DNA of 64,000 nt from an uncultured Candidatus Saccharibacteria bacterium (GTDB taxonomy: Bacteria > Patescibacteriota > Minisyncoccia > Phycocordibacterales > JAACPR01). The position numbers and the translations under genes were made by a program. The first letter of the stretch is position 1. Every line of letters starts with the position of its first letter. Below, piece by piece: positions 40,305 to 49,868 of this stretch. The DNA lies in assembly GCA_964402215.1 (NCBI GenBank), contig CAYOAT010000001.1, positions 70,703 through 134,702 on the forward strand, written 5' to 3'. Under the pieces are notes generated by a model, which was not told where the DNA came from, did not search any database, and saw nothing but the letters and a program-made list of their open reading frames with translations.

Positions 40305-42218
40305 CTAATTTTGGTCAACCTGTTTTATCGGAATTTTGGAATCTCTAAGAAATCTGGTCAATGTTCTTTTTTCTGTTCCACTATTACTTCCCGAATGTCT
40401 TTGTTGTCCAATTCGTTTATTGCAATAGCTGATAAACAATTTATGTCTTGCTCTTGTCATGGAAACATACAACAACCGTCTTTCATCGCCCTCTTTATCT
40501 CCAGTATTTCGTCCTGGAATATACTCATCTTCTGCACCAACTATGAAGCACACATCAAAAGACAAACCTTTTGCTTGGTGCATAGTGAGTATATTAACAG
40601 CATTTTCTTTTGTTTCTTGTTCGATATATTCTGACGAAGTGCTTACTATTTTAATTAAACCTTCGAGATCAGCTTTTTCTTGACTCTCCAAAATGCCAAC
40701 AAAATATTTTTTTACTTGTTCCCTGATCTCTCCTTCACTCATAAATTTATCGACTGTCGCAGTTATCGCTTCAATAGGATTTTGGATTGCTTTGAGTTCC
40801 ACTATTGCCACATTTATTTCGGAAACAAATTTTGCTATTTTTTGTCCAAACTTTTGTAATTCATTCGGAGATTCAACTATTTTTTGTAGAGCCACGCTAA
40901 ATCTTATTCCCCTGCTTTGAGCGTAATTCCATATATTTTTTATAGACTCATCACCCAAGCCGTTTGTTTTATCGACTTGTAATAATGTTCGCCAAGCTAA
41001 ACAATCGTTTTGATCAACTAGCAAACGAATAATTGATAAAACAATTCTATACTCATTATTGCTTTCTAGCTCGGAATCAGTCGTCAAAGACACATCAACG
41101 CTTTGCTTTTTCAGGGCTTCAATAATTGGCTTAGACAATGAGCCATTACGGTCGCTTCTTAATAAAATTGTGATTTGATCTGGCTTAATATCTTTGGCAA
41201 TCAAGCTTTTTATTTTTTTAGCTATGATTTCAGCTTCATGGTTTTGATCTTTAAATCCAATTATCAAAACCTCACCGTCTTCCGATTGGTCTTTCGGGCG
41301 TGTTGGCTTCGGTAATCGTTTAGGATCGAGACTGGCAACAAATTCAGCTGAATGTAAAATGTTTTTATCACAACGAAAACATATTTCTAACGCCAATTTT
41401 TTGGAATCTTGATATATCTGTTCAAAATTTCTTATACCTTCGGGGGTTGCGAAACGGAAGCCGTAGATACTTTGGTCATCATCTCCCGCAACAAATAATT
41501 CCGCACCTCGTTTTGCTAACTCGTTGACTATCGCAAGGTCGCAAGCGTTTAGGTCTTGATATTCATCAATCAAGATATGCTTATATTCTTTGTCCAATTG
41601 GAAATCTCTGCTTTGGTTTAACTGCTTTTTCAGTTGATAAACAAGTTCTGCTCTCAATGTTTCGCCATATTGATCTTTGTGGCTTCGCCACGCACCAAGA
41701 AAGGAGGGGTTTGGAAATTGTTGCTCCCAGCCAATTTCATCAATTCTCAAAGTTTCCCAGTCAGTTGAAAGCTGGTTGATCAAGTTTTGGACATCGCCAA
41801 TTTCTTTGAGGCTTAGAACTTTTTTTAAATCCTCTTGGATAATATATCTTTCTTCCCAGTCATCGGCTATTCTGATTGGTCTTGGCAATGTATCAATTCT
41901 GCTTGAATTATGAAGAATTTGTCTCAACGCAAAGGAGTGAAGCGTTGATACTTGAGGAATTGTTTTTCCTAAAGGTTCTAAAACTTTCTTGATTTCATCT
42001 TTCAGTTGAGCGGCGGCTAAACGGGTAAATGTAAGCAAAAGAATTGATTCTGGGTCAACATTATGTTGGAGAATTAAAGAAAGTACACGCCGAGTAAGCG
42101 TTTTTGTTTTACCCGTTCCTGGTCCAGCAAGTAATCTTGCATGACTGCCAATGTGGTCAATCGCTTCGATTTGATCGCTTGTAGCGTCGCCGTGAATTGT
42201 TGTTTTTATATCGTCCAT
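40305..42218 (-). CDS. UvrD/Rep/PcrA-family SF1 DNA helicase
   Basis: Walker A AGPGTGKTKT, motif II ILIDEYQDLN, GDDDQSIYGFR, C-terminal QAKGLSFDVCFIVG and VSMTRAR. Confidence 0.9.
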   Translation of the reverse strand: MDDIKTTIHGDATSDQIEAIDHIGSHARLLAGPGTGKTKTLTRRVLSLILQHNVDPESILLLTFTRLAAAQLKDEIKKVLEPLGKTIPQVSTLHSFALRQILHNSSRIDTLPRPIRIADDWEERYIIQEDLKKVLSLKEIGDVQNLINQLSTDWETLRIDEIGWEQQFPNPSFLGAWRSHKDQYGETLRAELVYQLKKQLNQSRDFQLDKEYKHILIDEYQDLNACDLAIVNELAKRGAELFVAGDDDQSIYGFRFATPEGIRNFEQIYQDSKKLALEICFRCDKNILHSAEFVASLDPKRLPKPTRPKDQSEDGEVLIIGFKDQNHEAEIIAKKIKSLIAKDIKPDQITILLRSDRNGSLSKPIIEALKKQSVDVSLTTDSELESNNEYRIVLSIIRLLVDQNDCLAWRTLLQVDKTNGLGDESIKNIWNYAQSRGIRFSVALQKIVESPNELQKFGQKIAKFVSEINVAIVELKAIQNPIEAITATVDKFMSEGEIREQVKKYFVGILESQEKADLEGLIKIVSTSSEYIEQETKENAVNILTMHQAKGLSFDVCFIVGAEDEYIPGRNTGDKEGDERRLLYVSMTRARHKLFISYCNKRIGQQRHSGSNSGTEKRTLTRFLRDSKIPIKQVDQN

Positions 42219-42334
42219 ATATTTATATTATACCATATTTAAGCACAAAAAGCCATAAGCAATGAGCTAAAATGTGCTTATTATTAGCCACGTAATTGGC
42301 TTTATTTGTTATACTTGACAAAAGTTGTTTTTAT

Positions 42335-43708
42335 TTAAGATTTCAACGAAATCTTCTTATCACTCAACATAATCTCACTCTTAAAACACCCTAGTAATTC
42401 CCTCTTTTCCAAGGCGGAGCCGTCTCTCAAAATGTATTTAGCATAATTTCTGATATCGATATCGCTAACAATAATTTTTTCTTTCGTTCCTAAAATTATC
42501 TGTTGAAACTTTTTAAATTTCTCAACGTCAGTTTTGATTTTTTCTTTGATCTTAATTTCACTAATATCAATTTGATCTAGTAATTCTTCAAATTGAACAA
42601 TTAGATCTTTTTCTTCAATATAGCCACACGGACAGTTTTTATCTTTATTCTTGGTACATCCATAATAAACGTAGCGATGAACATTTCCATTTTTCTGTCT
42701 TTTAAATTTTTCATCTGCTGATATACCAGATCCACACAATCCGCAATACATTAGTTTAGTGAAAGCGAATTCTTTATTTTCAATTCTTATAAAACTACTC
42801 TTGATCTGACTCTGTACCAAATCAAATAATTCTTTAGTGATAATTGGTTCGTGTTTTCCTTTGTACCAGTTTCCGCTTTTCTTTGGATATTCAAATTCAC
42901 CATAATAAAAATGGTTGTTGAGGATTGTAAAAATATTACCGAGACTAATATGTTTCTTGCCACAAACGGTTCTAAAGTTTAATTCAAATTTCAACCAGTT
43001 GTATATTTTCTTTCCGCTCCAATGTTCGTGTGCAACTTTCTCAAACATTTTTTTAATAGTTGGTGCTCTTTCTGAATCAATATAACACTGACATTTTCTA
43101 TCTGTCCTTTTTTCTTTCAAATAACCAGTCGGTGCAGGACCTGGCCACAAACCCATCTCAACTCTGGTGCGAAGTCCCCTTTTAACGTTGATACTTTTGT
43201 TGTCATTTTCTAATTTAGCTTGGGAACACAAAATCATTAATAGAAATTTTTCATTCGGTGAATTCTTAAAAGTCTGACCATAAGTTCTGATCTCTTGAAG
43301 CTTTGACTCATCCATCAAATCAACTAGCGACCCCAAGTCTCCTGCATTTCTAGATAATCTATCTGGTGCCCAGGTTAATATGCCATTAAAACGTCCAGAA
43401 TCGATATCAGACAGTATTTCCTTGAAGACTGGTCTCTGACCGGAATCTTTAGCTGAATGTGCCTCACGTCTTATTTCAACGATTTCCAGACTCTCTCTTT
43501 CAGCTATTTGCAACATCTCTTTAACTTGTGAATCAATTGATAATATTTGCCGTTCTTCAGCTTCAGTTGATTTACGAGCGTATAGAACATACTTAACTGG
43601 AACAGCTTGAACGACCTTCATATCACCAATTAATCCAACATTTGTCTTTGTCTCCATACAACCATTAATGACAGAACCGTTGGTTTTGCTAAGCGAAGTT
43701 GTCGACAA
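42335..43708 (-). CDS. large serine recombinase (resolvase domain + recombinase domain + zinc ribbon)
   Basis: catalytic YARKSTEAEE (Ser) N-terminal domain, recombinase domain, Cys4 ribbon CGLCG...CPCG; start probably at an internal Met. Confidence 0.9.
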   Translation of the reverse strand: MSTTSLSKTNGSVINGCMETKTNVGLIGDMKVVQAVPVKYVLYARKSTEAEERQILSIDSQVKEMLQIAERESLEIVEIRREAHSAKDSGQRPVFKEILSDIDSGRFNGILTWAPDRLSRNAGDLGSLVDLMDESKLQEIRTYGQTFKNSPNEKFLLMILCSQAKLENDNKSINVKRGLRTRVEMGLWPGPAPTGYLKEKRTDRKCQCYIDSERAPTIKKMFEKVAHEHWSGKKIYNWLKFELNFRTVCGKKHISLGNIFTILNNHFYYGEFEYPKKSGNWYKGKHEPIITKELFDLVQSQIKSSFIRIENKEFAFTKLMYCGLCGSGISADEKFKRQKNGNVHRYVYYGCTKNKDKNCPCGYIEEKDLIVQFEELLDQIDISEIKIKEKIKTDVEKFKKFQQIILGTKEKIIVSDIDIRNYAKYILRDGSALEKRELLGCFKSEIMLSDKKISLKS

Positions 43709-43763
43709 CGTGTTGGCAAGAATTCTTAGCGAAACAATAAAATCGCGATATTATACTAAACAC

Positions 43764-44972
43764 ATGGAAATATTAATTTTTGGCGGAATAGCTGTCTTTA
43801 TGATAATAGGATTTATCTCTTGGATAATGGAGATAAATGAAAATTCAAAAAAATATTTGGATTTAAAACCAAAACTAGATTCTCTAGAAAAAGATCGCCA
43901 AGATCATCTAACGAAAGTTAAAAAATTAGAGGAAACAACTGAAATAGTTAAAAGAGATTTACATAAAATTGCTGAACAAAAATCAATGGGTTTTCCTTGG
44001 TTGGCAGAAGCTTACGCAGAATATTTTTCTTTACGTGATTTAATGGTAGAAAAATATTTGGAAAACAAAAGACATCCGGCATATACAGCCGCAGAAGCAG
44101 TAAGAGAAATTAAAAAAGAGAAAAAGAAACTCCTAAAAGAAAATAAAATTATTTCTTATAAGATAAATTATTTTGAGAAGTTATTCCCATGGCTGAGTGA
44201 ACTTATAGCGGAAAATGAGCAGGAAGATATACCAGTAATGATAGACGACGATCAAATCGAAGATAATGATGACAGAGTTAAAAATTATTTAACACAAGAT
44301 GAATATAGAAAGTTGCCATCAGTAGAAAGAAATCAAAAAGCGCTGGACAGATATTTACAAAATAGAAATAAATCCAAATGGGCTATTGGTAGAGATTATG
44401 AAATGTACGTGGGACATCTTTATGCACAGGATGGTTACATTATTGAATATAAAGGAATAATTGATGGTTTTGATGATTTGGGCAGGGATATAATTGCAAA
44501 GAAAAATGGTGAGATCTGCATAATTCAATGTAAATATTGGGCGCAATATAAAGATATTCATGAAAAACACGTATTTCAATTATTCGGAACCACAATGGAA
44601 TATTGGCTGAAAAATTTTGTTAGTAAGGGCACTAAAAATAATTTTTCTGAGTTTTCAAGATTTTTGGATGAAGAAAAAATTAGACCAATATTTTTTACTT
44701 CCACAACATTATCAGAAAGAGCTAAGGAAATGGCGAAAGCCTTAAGCGTTGAGGTTATCGAAAGTAAACCAATTTCTGATTTTCCAAGAATTAAGTGTAA
44801 TATCAATGTCGATGAATTTGGAAAAGAAACAAAAATTTATCACCTACCGATGGATCAACAATATGACCGTACAATTATAGGAAATAAAAAGGGTGAATTC
44901 TATGCTTATACAGTTAAAGAAGCTGAGGGCGCTGGATTTAGAAGGGCTTTTAAACACAAGTTTAGTAAATAA
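43764..44972 (+). CDS. membrane-anchored coiled-coil protein with C-terminal Mrr-like (PD-(D/E)xK) restriction endonuclease domain
   Basis: N-terminal TM, long charged coiled coil, Mrr_cat-like core GFDDLGRDIIAKKNGEICIIQCKYW and C-terminal YHLPMDQQYDRT...AGFRRA; start set at the internal Met that avoids overlap with the recombinase. Confidence 0.7.
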   Translation: MEILIFGGIAVFMIIGFISWIMEINENSKKYLDLKPKLDSLEKDRQDHLTKVKKLEETTEIVKRDLHKIAEQKSMGFPWLAEAYAEYFSLRDLMVEKYLENKRHPAYTAAEAVREIKKEKKKLLKENKIISYKINYFEKLFPWLSELIAENEQEDIPVMIDDDQIEDNDDRVKNYLTQDEYRKLPSVERNQKALDRYLQNRNKSKWAIGRDYEMYVGHLYAQDGYIIEYKGIIDGFDDLGRDIIAKKNGEICIIQCKYWAQYKDIHEKHVFQLFGTTMEYWLKNFVSKGTKNNFSEFSRFLDEEKIRPIFFTSTTLSERAKEMAKALSVEVIESKPISDFPRIKCNINVDEFGKETKIYHLPMDQQYDRTIIGNKKGEFYAYTVKEAEGAGFRRAFKHKFSK

Positions 44973-45142
44973 TTTAGTAATATTCCGTCGACGAAATTTC
45001 GACAGTTTCGTTTAATAAAAATTATTCCAAATATAACGATCTCTTGAGACAAGTTAAAGATTTACTATCAGAAAAAGGAATCAAAGATATTAGTCTACTA
45101 GACGTTCACTCCTTCGTCTGGATGATCTATAATTTTAGGTAA

Positions 45143-45592
45143 TTAACGGTTGTCTGATTCAGAAGGTTTTTCTTCAACCCATCCCTCAAGGGAATTGCCA
45201 CCATTTTTTTCAATCTCTTCATCTCTCTCAACATCCTCTTTTCGGCTGTATATTTTAACTTCTATAGCATCAATTTTTTCCTTCCCCATATCTTCCCAGA
45301 AATTCTTTGGTCTCGGTCTCATATATTCTTTTTTATGATTATCAAGCCAATATCTATATGCTCTGGGTTTTCCGATTTTTATATCCGTGATTAACTTACT
45401 TTCTGCCAGATCATTTATGGATTCCACTCCGAGTTTTTTGGCCTCATCTACATTTTTAGAAAATCTTTTCTCATTTTCCATCCATCTATAAACAGTCTGT
45501 CTTGATAAACCAACACGTTCACAGGCCACAGAAATGTTCGCTGTTTTTGCCAATTCTTCTATGAATGTTTTTTCTAATGACTTCTTCTTCAT
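45143..45592 (-). CDS. HTH protein resembling phage terminase small subunit / transposase-type HTH
   Basis: N-terminal HTH ISVACERVGLSRQTVYRWM; translationally coupled to upstream ParB-MTase gene. Confidence 0.5.
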   Translation of the reverse strand: MKKKSLEKTFIEELAKTANISVACERVGLSRQTVYRWMENEKRFSKNVDEAKKLGVESINDLAESKLITDIKIGKPRAYRYWLDNHKKEYMRPRPKNFWEDMGKEKIDAIEVKIYSRKEDVERDEEIEKNGGNSLEGWVEEKPSESDNR

Positions 45593-46863
45593 ATACTTTC
45601 AACCTTGGCTTTCTGACCCGTTAATTTTTCATATCTTGCAATAATGAGATCACAATATATTGGTTCTAGCTCGACCAAATAAGCTTTTCTTTTTAGTTTT
45701 TCACAAGCAATCAATAGACTTCCAGATCCACCAAAAGAATCTAGAATAATATCACCAGGTTTAGTACATCGCCTTATCGCTTTTTCGTATAGATCAACAG
45801 GTTTCTGGGTGGCATGTTCCATTTCCTTTCCAGAAACTCTTTTCGAAGTCCAAATATTTATATCATCGATAGCTTTGTTTCCACTTCCAACATTTACATT
45901 CATGATTTCATTCTGGCCAAATTCTTTTTTCGATAAATAAGGCTTTCCGAGAGTTCCATAAATACATGGTTCATAACATTTTGAGAAAGCCACTTGAGGT
46001 GTTTCATTTTGTGCGTTTTTTATCCATAAACAGACTCGGCGATTTGTAATACCAAGTTCTCGGTAAAGAGACTGTATGATCCAAATCTGTTGTTCTGTAT
46101 TCCAATAAAATATATGGCTATCTGGCTTAGTGAACAATAGAGCAGTTGAGATATTTTTTCTCAAAAATTCTATGTATTCTTTTTCGGTTCTATCGTCATT
46201 AACATTTCCTCCGTAATCTTTCTTCCCGCCGACTCCTTTATTGTATTTAATCTTTAAATTGTAGATTGGGTCAGAAAATATAGTATCCGCTTTTTCATAA
46301 CCAAATAATCTACTCAGTGTTTTTTCTTCATTTGAGCTTCCACAGATCAGGCGGTGGTCACCCAAAGTTACCAGATCTCCAATTTTAGTTTTAGGAACTT
46401 TGATTTTAGCTAATTCTTTTTTCTCGTCCCAATCATCCGTTGAGACACTAATGTCGCCATCCCAGATATTAGCAATATCGTCGAAACTAAAGCCTGAGTC
46501 AGTTAACAAACCAATCTCGAAGTCTTTCAAGGATTCATAATTCCAATCTCCAGTGACAGCATTTGATGTTAGAAGATATCTCTCATATTCTTCTTTAGTT
46601 AGTCTTCGGTTTGGTATTCTGACATCTATCTCTTCATCACCACGACCAAGAATTTGCATCACTTTTAATCTTTGGTGGCCAGCAATTATTTTATTGTCAG
46701 TATCTATTGCAGGGATTTCAACTAAATTAAATCTTTCTAAACTTTTCTTTAAATTTGATTCCTGGTCTGCAGACATCACCCGAGGGTTTTTATTGTATGG
46801 GACCAAATCATTTACTTTGCGCCTGGTCGTGCGCCACATGAGAGGTTCGTTATTGTTTATCAT
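45589..46863 (-). CDS. ParB-like nuclease domain fused to N4/N6 DNA methyltransferase
   Basis: ParB/Srx N-terminus (IIAGHQRLKV), MTase motif IV SDPIYN and motif I LDSFGGSGS. Confidence 0.85.
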   Translation of the reverse strand: MINNNEPLMWRTTRRKVNDLVPYNKNPRVMSADQESNLKKSLERFNLVEIPAIDTDNKIIAGHQRLKVMQILGRGDEEIDVRIPNRRLTKEEYERYLLTSNAVTGDWNYESLKDFEIGLLTDSGFSFDDIANIWDGDISVSTDDWDEKKELAKIKVPKTKIGDLVTLGDHRLICGSSNEEKTLSRLFGYEKADTIFSDPIYNLKIKYNKGVGGKKDYGGNVNDDRTEKEYIEFLRKNISTALLFTKPDSHIFYWNTEQQIWIIQSLYRELGITNRRVCLWIKNAQNETPQVAFSKCYEPCIYGTLGKPYLSKKEFGQNEIMNVNVGSGNKAIDDINIWTSKRVSGKEMEHATQKPVDLYEKAIRRCTKPGDIILDSFGGSGSLLIACEKLKRKAYLVELEPIYCDLIIARYEKLTGQKAKVESI

Positions 46864-46963
46864 AATTATTAAATCCTTTTTATTTCAGTGGATTTGATAA
46901 TTATGATAACTTTTCGGTTGATTCTATGTAACCGATTTTTGACCCCTTTTAAGCGTCCCACAC

Positions 46964-47689
46964 TTATCTGGCCCGTCTCTTGTTTCTATATATAGTTTTT
47001 GATATTTTTCTTGGTGTATAGATATCTGTATCATGTGCATCATTTAGTTTTTTAGAAATTTCAGACGGGCGATAGGTCTTACTTAAATGATAAATTTGTT
47101 TATTTAAATTACTTTGCTCTCTCAATCTAACCTGTTGTAAGTGTGGCGATATCTTTTTATATCTATTTTGAATTATCTTAATCTTACTAAAATTTTTACC
47201 AACATATTCTTCTATATCTCTCCTTGATGCATCTACGCTAACTAATATCGCCACAGGAAAACCAAAATTCTCAACAAAATCATTATTTTTGATTTTCTTT
47301 TTCGCCTGAACCATGTCGATAGAAATAACAGTGTTGATATCGCTTGTAATTATGTATGTGTTGTAAAACAAAATCCAATTAAAAACATTTGGATATGTAT
47401 TCAAAAGACTAATATTATATTTATCTAATAACTCGGAGATTTGATTTTGTAAATCAATTAAATACTTTTGTCTAATACCTTTTAACCACACCTTCGGATA
47501 TTTAAATGAGTTATAACCCAACGTCTCATATCCCATTGGTTTATCGGCAAAACCATTTAGCGGAATTTTAAATTTGCTTCTAAGTAGTCCTAGATCTTTT
47601 TGAAAACCCGATCTTTTTCTTAACCGCTCTAACACTTCAAACAAATGATCTTGCGATTTTGTAAAAATAGAGTGAAATTTCTTGGGCAT
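46964..47689 (-). CDS. hypothetical protein
   Basis: 241 aa, basic C-terminus, no recognisable motif. Confidence 0.4.
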   Translation of the reverse strand: MPKKFHSIFTKSQDHLFEVLERLRKRSGFQKDLGLLRSKFKIPLNGFADKPMGYETLGYNSFKYPKVWLKGIRQKYLIDLQNQISELLDKYNISLLNTYPNVFNWILFYNTYIITSDINTVISIDMVQAKKKIKNNDFVENFGFPVAILVSVDASRRDIEEYVGKNFSKIKIIQNRYKKISPHLQQVRLREQSNLNKQIYHLSKTYRPSEISKKLNDAHDTDIYTPRKISKTIYRNKRRAR

Positions 47690-47891
47690 ATTAGAGTAAT
47701 TATTATACTTTTTCGGATATAATCAAATAAGAATAAATAGACAGAATGCTAATAGTTAAATTTGACAATAAAATTATTTCATAGTCTAAAACGGTCATTT
47801 AATCAGCGCTTACATTTACGGGTCTATAATAAACATAGTGTGTAGCAGGGATAGTCGACCCATTAAAAGACTACACATTCAATAGATAATA

Positions 47892-48176
47892 ATGAGTAAA
47901 TTTATTTCCAGAGTAGAGCTAAATAATGCTACTTTAAATGAGTTTTCTTTGTTTCATGATACGATGTCTGATCTTGGTTTTTCACAAGAACTTCCAATTG
48001 AAAATGGCGATATATACAGATTACCTAGGGCAACCTATCGTATTGTGAAAGATGTTGTTATACGAGATATTTTAAATCTTATTAAACAAGCATTGAAAAC
48101 AATTAATAAAACCGCCGAAATCTTTGTTGTAAAGTACACGGATTCAGATTGGGACGGGCTAGATTTAAAGGAATAG
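47892..48176 (+). CDS. hypothetical small protein
   Basis: 94 aa ORF with plausible spacing from a divergent promoter region. Confidence 0.35.
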   Translation: MSKFISRVELNNATLNEFSLFHDTMSDLGFSQELPIENGDIYRLPRATYRIVKDVVIRDILNLIKQALKTINKTAEIFVVKYTDSDWDGLDLKE

Positions 48177-48296
48177 GTTAAATTGAGCAAAAACGGACTA
48201 ATATAACGCGCTAGATTGGTGGAGAAATTCAGTATACTGTCAAAAATCAGAGTTGTAACCTATGACCAGCGGTAGAACGGCCGTACCTAGCTTATA

Positions 48297-48327
48297 AAAA
48301 CCAGATTCAATTCGAATCTGGTTTTTA
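48297..48327. terminator. bidirectional hairpin terminator
   Basis: AAAAACCAGATTC-aa-TTCGAATCTGGTTTTT. Confidence 0.55.
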
Positions 48328-48365
48328 ATTACTTTTTTGCAATAGAAAAAGTGACAAAAGTGTCA

Positions 48366-48480
48366 CTTTTGTCACTTTTTGCCCTGCTCGAGACTCGTCG
48401 ATTTGGTATACTTAAAAAATCTTAAATAAGCATTACGGGGCTTAACCGATAAAAGTTCTAACACGAGACGGCCCGCCAAG
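48366..48480 (+). repeat. copy A of ~115-bp repeat ending in a tRNA-Ser 3'-end-like sequence (att-like)
   Basis: aligns along its length with 50787..50900 (shared cttttgNcactttttgccNtgctcgagactcgtcgattt ... cattacNgg ... gttctaac.cgag ... ccgccaag); last 10 nt cgccaagtcg equal tRNA-Ser 3' end plus flank. Confidence 0.7.
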
Positions 48481-48534
48481 TCGAGCTAGCACGAGGAACG
48501 TTAAGTATTTAAAATTTTACAATTAAAAGATAAA

Positions 48535-49866
48535 TTAAAACATCAACCATCCTGGCTTAAAGATGATTAAAATTCCAATTATTAACATAATTAATCCACC
48601 AATTAATCTTGAGGCACGAGCATATTTTGTTGTAATCCCTGTCATTTCCAACGTGACCATCGCCACAAAAAAGATAAACAAGTCATCGAGCATAAAAATT
48701 AAAATATAAAGTGAGATATACAAATAATATTGCCAAGTTGGTATCTGATTTAGGGCGAGTAGTTGAGTATAGACTGCGGGTAAACCGGCGGAACAAAGGA
48801 TTTCAACTAAATTGACTGCTGCCGCTAATAAAATAATTCCACCTAAAGCTAGCCACAAACTATTTTGATCAACAACAAGTCTCATCTTCTCAAAAACCTT
48901 TTTTCTTTTCTCGTCACCCGCTACTTTACATCCGCCATCTCTATTAAAAATAAATTCTTTGAGACTATAGCCACCGCCCAAAATCGCGATAATACCTATT
49001 AACATTCTAACCCAAATGACAAATCCTAAAAATAAAATTAGATTCAACCACGCAGACATAAACAAAAAATAAACTAGGGCTGATGACACAATAAAAACAG
49101 AACCCAATAACCACATCCTTTTTCTGTTTTTAATCCCAAGCAATAAACTAATAAGGAACAAGAGGGTCCACATTGCACACGGATTAAAGCCGTCCAAGGC
49201 CCCCATAATTATGGTCACCAAAGGTAGCGAAAAATCCGCCAAACTGATTTCTCCTAATAATGGAATATTGATTTTATTGTCTTGATTCGTTTTTGATTCT
49301 GGAACAGAATTATCAACAACATTATTTTCTTCATGCTCAATGACAGAAGTGGCGGTTTCTAAATTTTCAATAGAAGTATCTAAATCTGGATCAGAATTCG
49401 GCATCACTACATCATCAGAGATTACCAAATTAACAAGGCTGGGTTTCAAACCAACAATATTCGCAACTTGATCTGTACATTTACCCTTCAGACATTCTTC
49501 AAGTTTTTCTTCTATCTCCAAAGAAGTGATTCCACCGGCATAACCAACAAAAGCACTATCACCGATAACCAAAAACGGCACGCCACTAATATCAATATTT
49601 AATGTGCTGGCAACTTCCTTTAAAAGAGATAAATTGTTGTAATTATAATAAATTTCATATTCATAAATATTTAGATTTGGATATTTTTTATTTAAGGACT
49701 CATAAATATATTGCCTTTCTTGCGCACAATGAGGACACCCATCGCCATAAAAAAAATAAAGGTTTATAAAATTTTGAGATTGTGCATAAACATTTGATAA
49801 AAGGAAAAAAAATAAAATCACCGAGAAAACAATGCCAAGAACAAATTTTTTATAAAGAGTCAACAT
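48535..49866 (-). CDS. thioredoxin-fold domain fused to CcdA/DsbD-type transmembrane thiol-disulfide transporter
   Basis: signal/TM, CPHC active site in the N-terminal domain, TM domain with DGFNPCA and LCSAGLP cysteines. Confidence 0.7.
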   Translation of the reverse strand: MLTLYKKFVLGIVFSVILFFFLLSNVYAQSQNFINLYFFYGDGCPHCAQERQYIYESLNKKYPNLNIYEYEIYYNYNNLSLLKEVASTLNIDISGVPFLVIGDSAFVGYAGGITSLEIEEKLEECLKGKCTDQVANIVGLKPSLVNLVISDDVVMPNSDPDLDTSIENLETATSVIEHEENNVVDNSVPESKTNQDNKINIPLLGEISLADFSLPLVTIIMGALDGFNPCAMWTLLFLISLLLGIKNRKRMWLLGSVFIVSSALVYFLFMSAWLNLILFLGFVIWVRMLIGIIAILGGGYSLKEFIFNRDGGCKVAGDEKRKKVFEKMRLVVDQNSLWLALGGIILLAAAVNLVEILCSAGLPAVYTQLLALNQIPTWQYYLYISLYILIFMLDDLFIFFVAMVTLEMTGITTKYARASRLIGGLIMLIIGILIIFKPGWLMF

Positions 49867-49868
49867 AA

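Larger units (their letters stand above)
39374..48480. mobile_element. integrated element / genomic island at the 3' end of tRNA-Ser (degraded prophage- or satellite-like)
   Basis: starts right after tRNA-Ser; carries large serine recombinase, UvrD-like helicase, Mrr-like nuclease, ParB-MTase fusion, TerS-like HTH; right edge is a repeat ending in cgccaagtcg, identical to the 10 nt spanning the tRNA-Ser 3' end and flank. Confidence 0.65.

Noticed and set aside
44576-44806. 76-aa and 74-aa minus-strand ORFs inside the Mrr-like gene
   Set aside because: Antisense to a well-supported plus-strand CDS with clear Mrr_cat motifs. No independent support.
48297-48327. tRNA-like or att-like structure AAAAACCAGATTCAATTCGAATCTGGTTTTT
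   Set aside because: It is a simple perfect hairpin with flanking A/T runs and has no cloverleaf, so it is called as a bidirectional terminator. The TTCGAAT inside is coincidental.
39374-48480. possibility that the island is an intact prophage
   Set aside because: There is no terminase large subunit, portal, capsid, tail or lysis gene anywhere in the region. Only recombinase, helicase, nucleases, MTase and a TerS-like HTH are present, so at most it is a remnant or satellite-like element.
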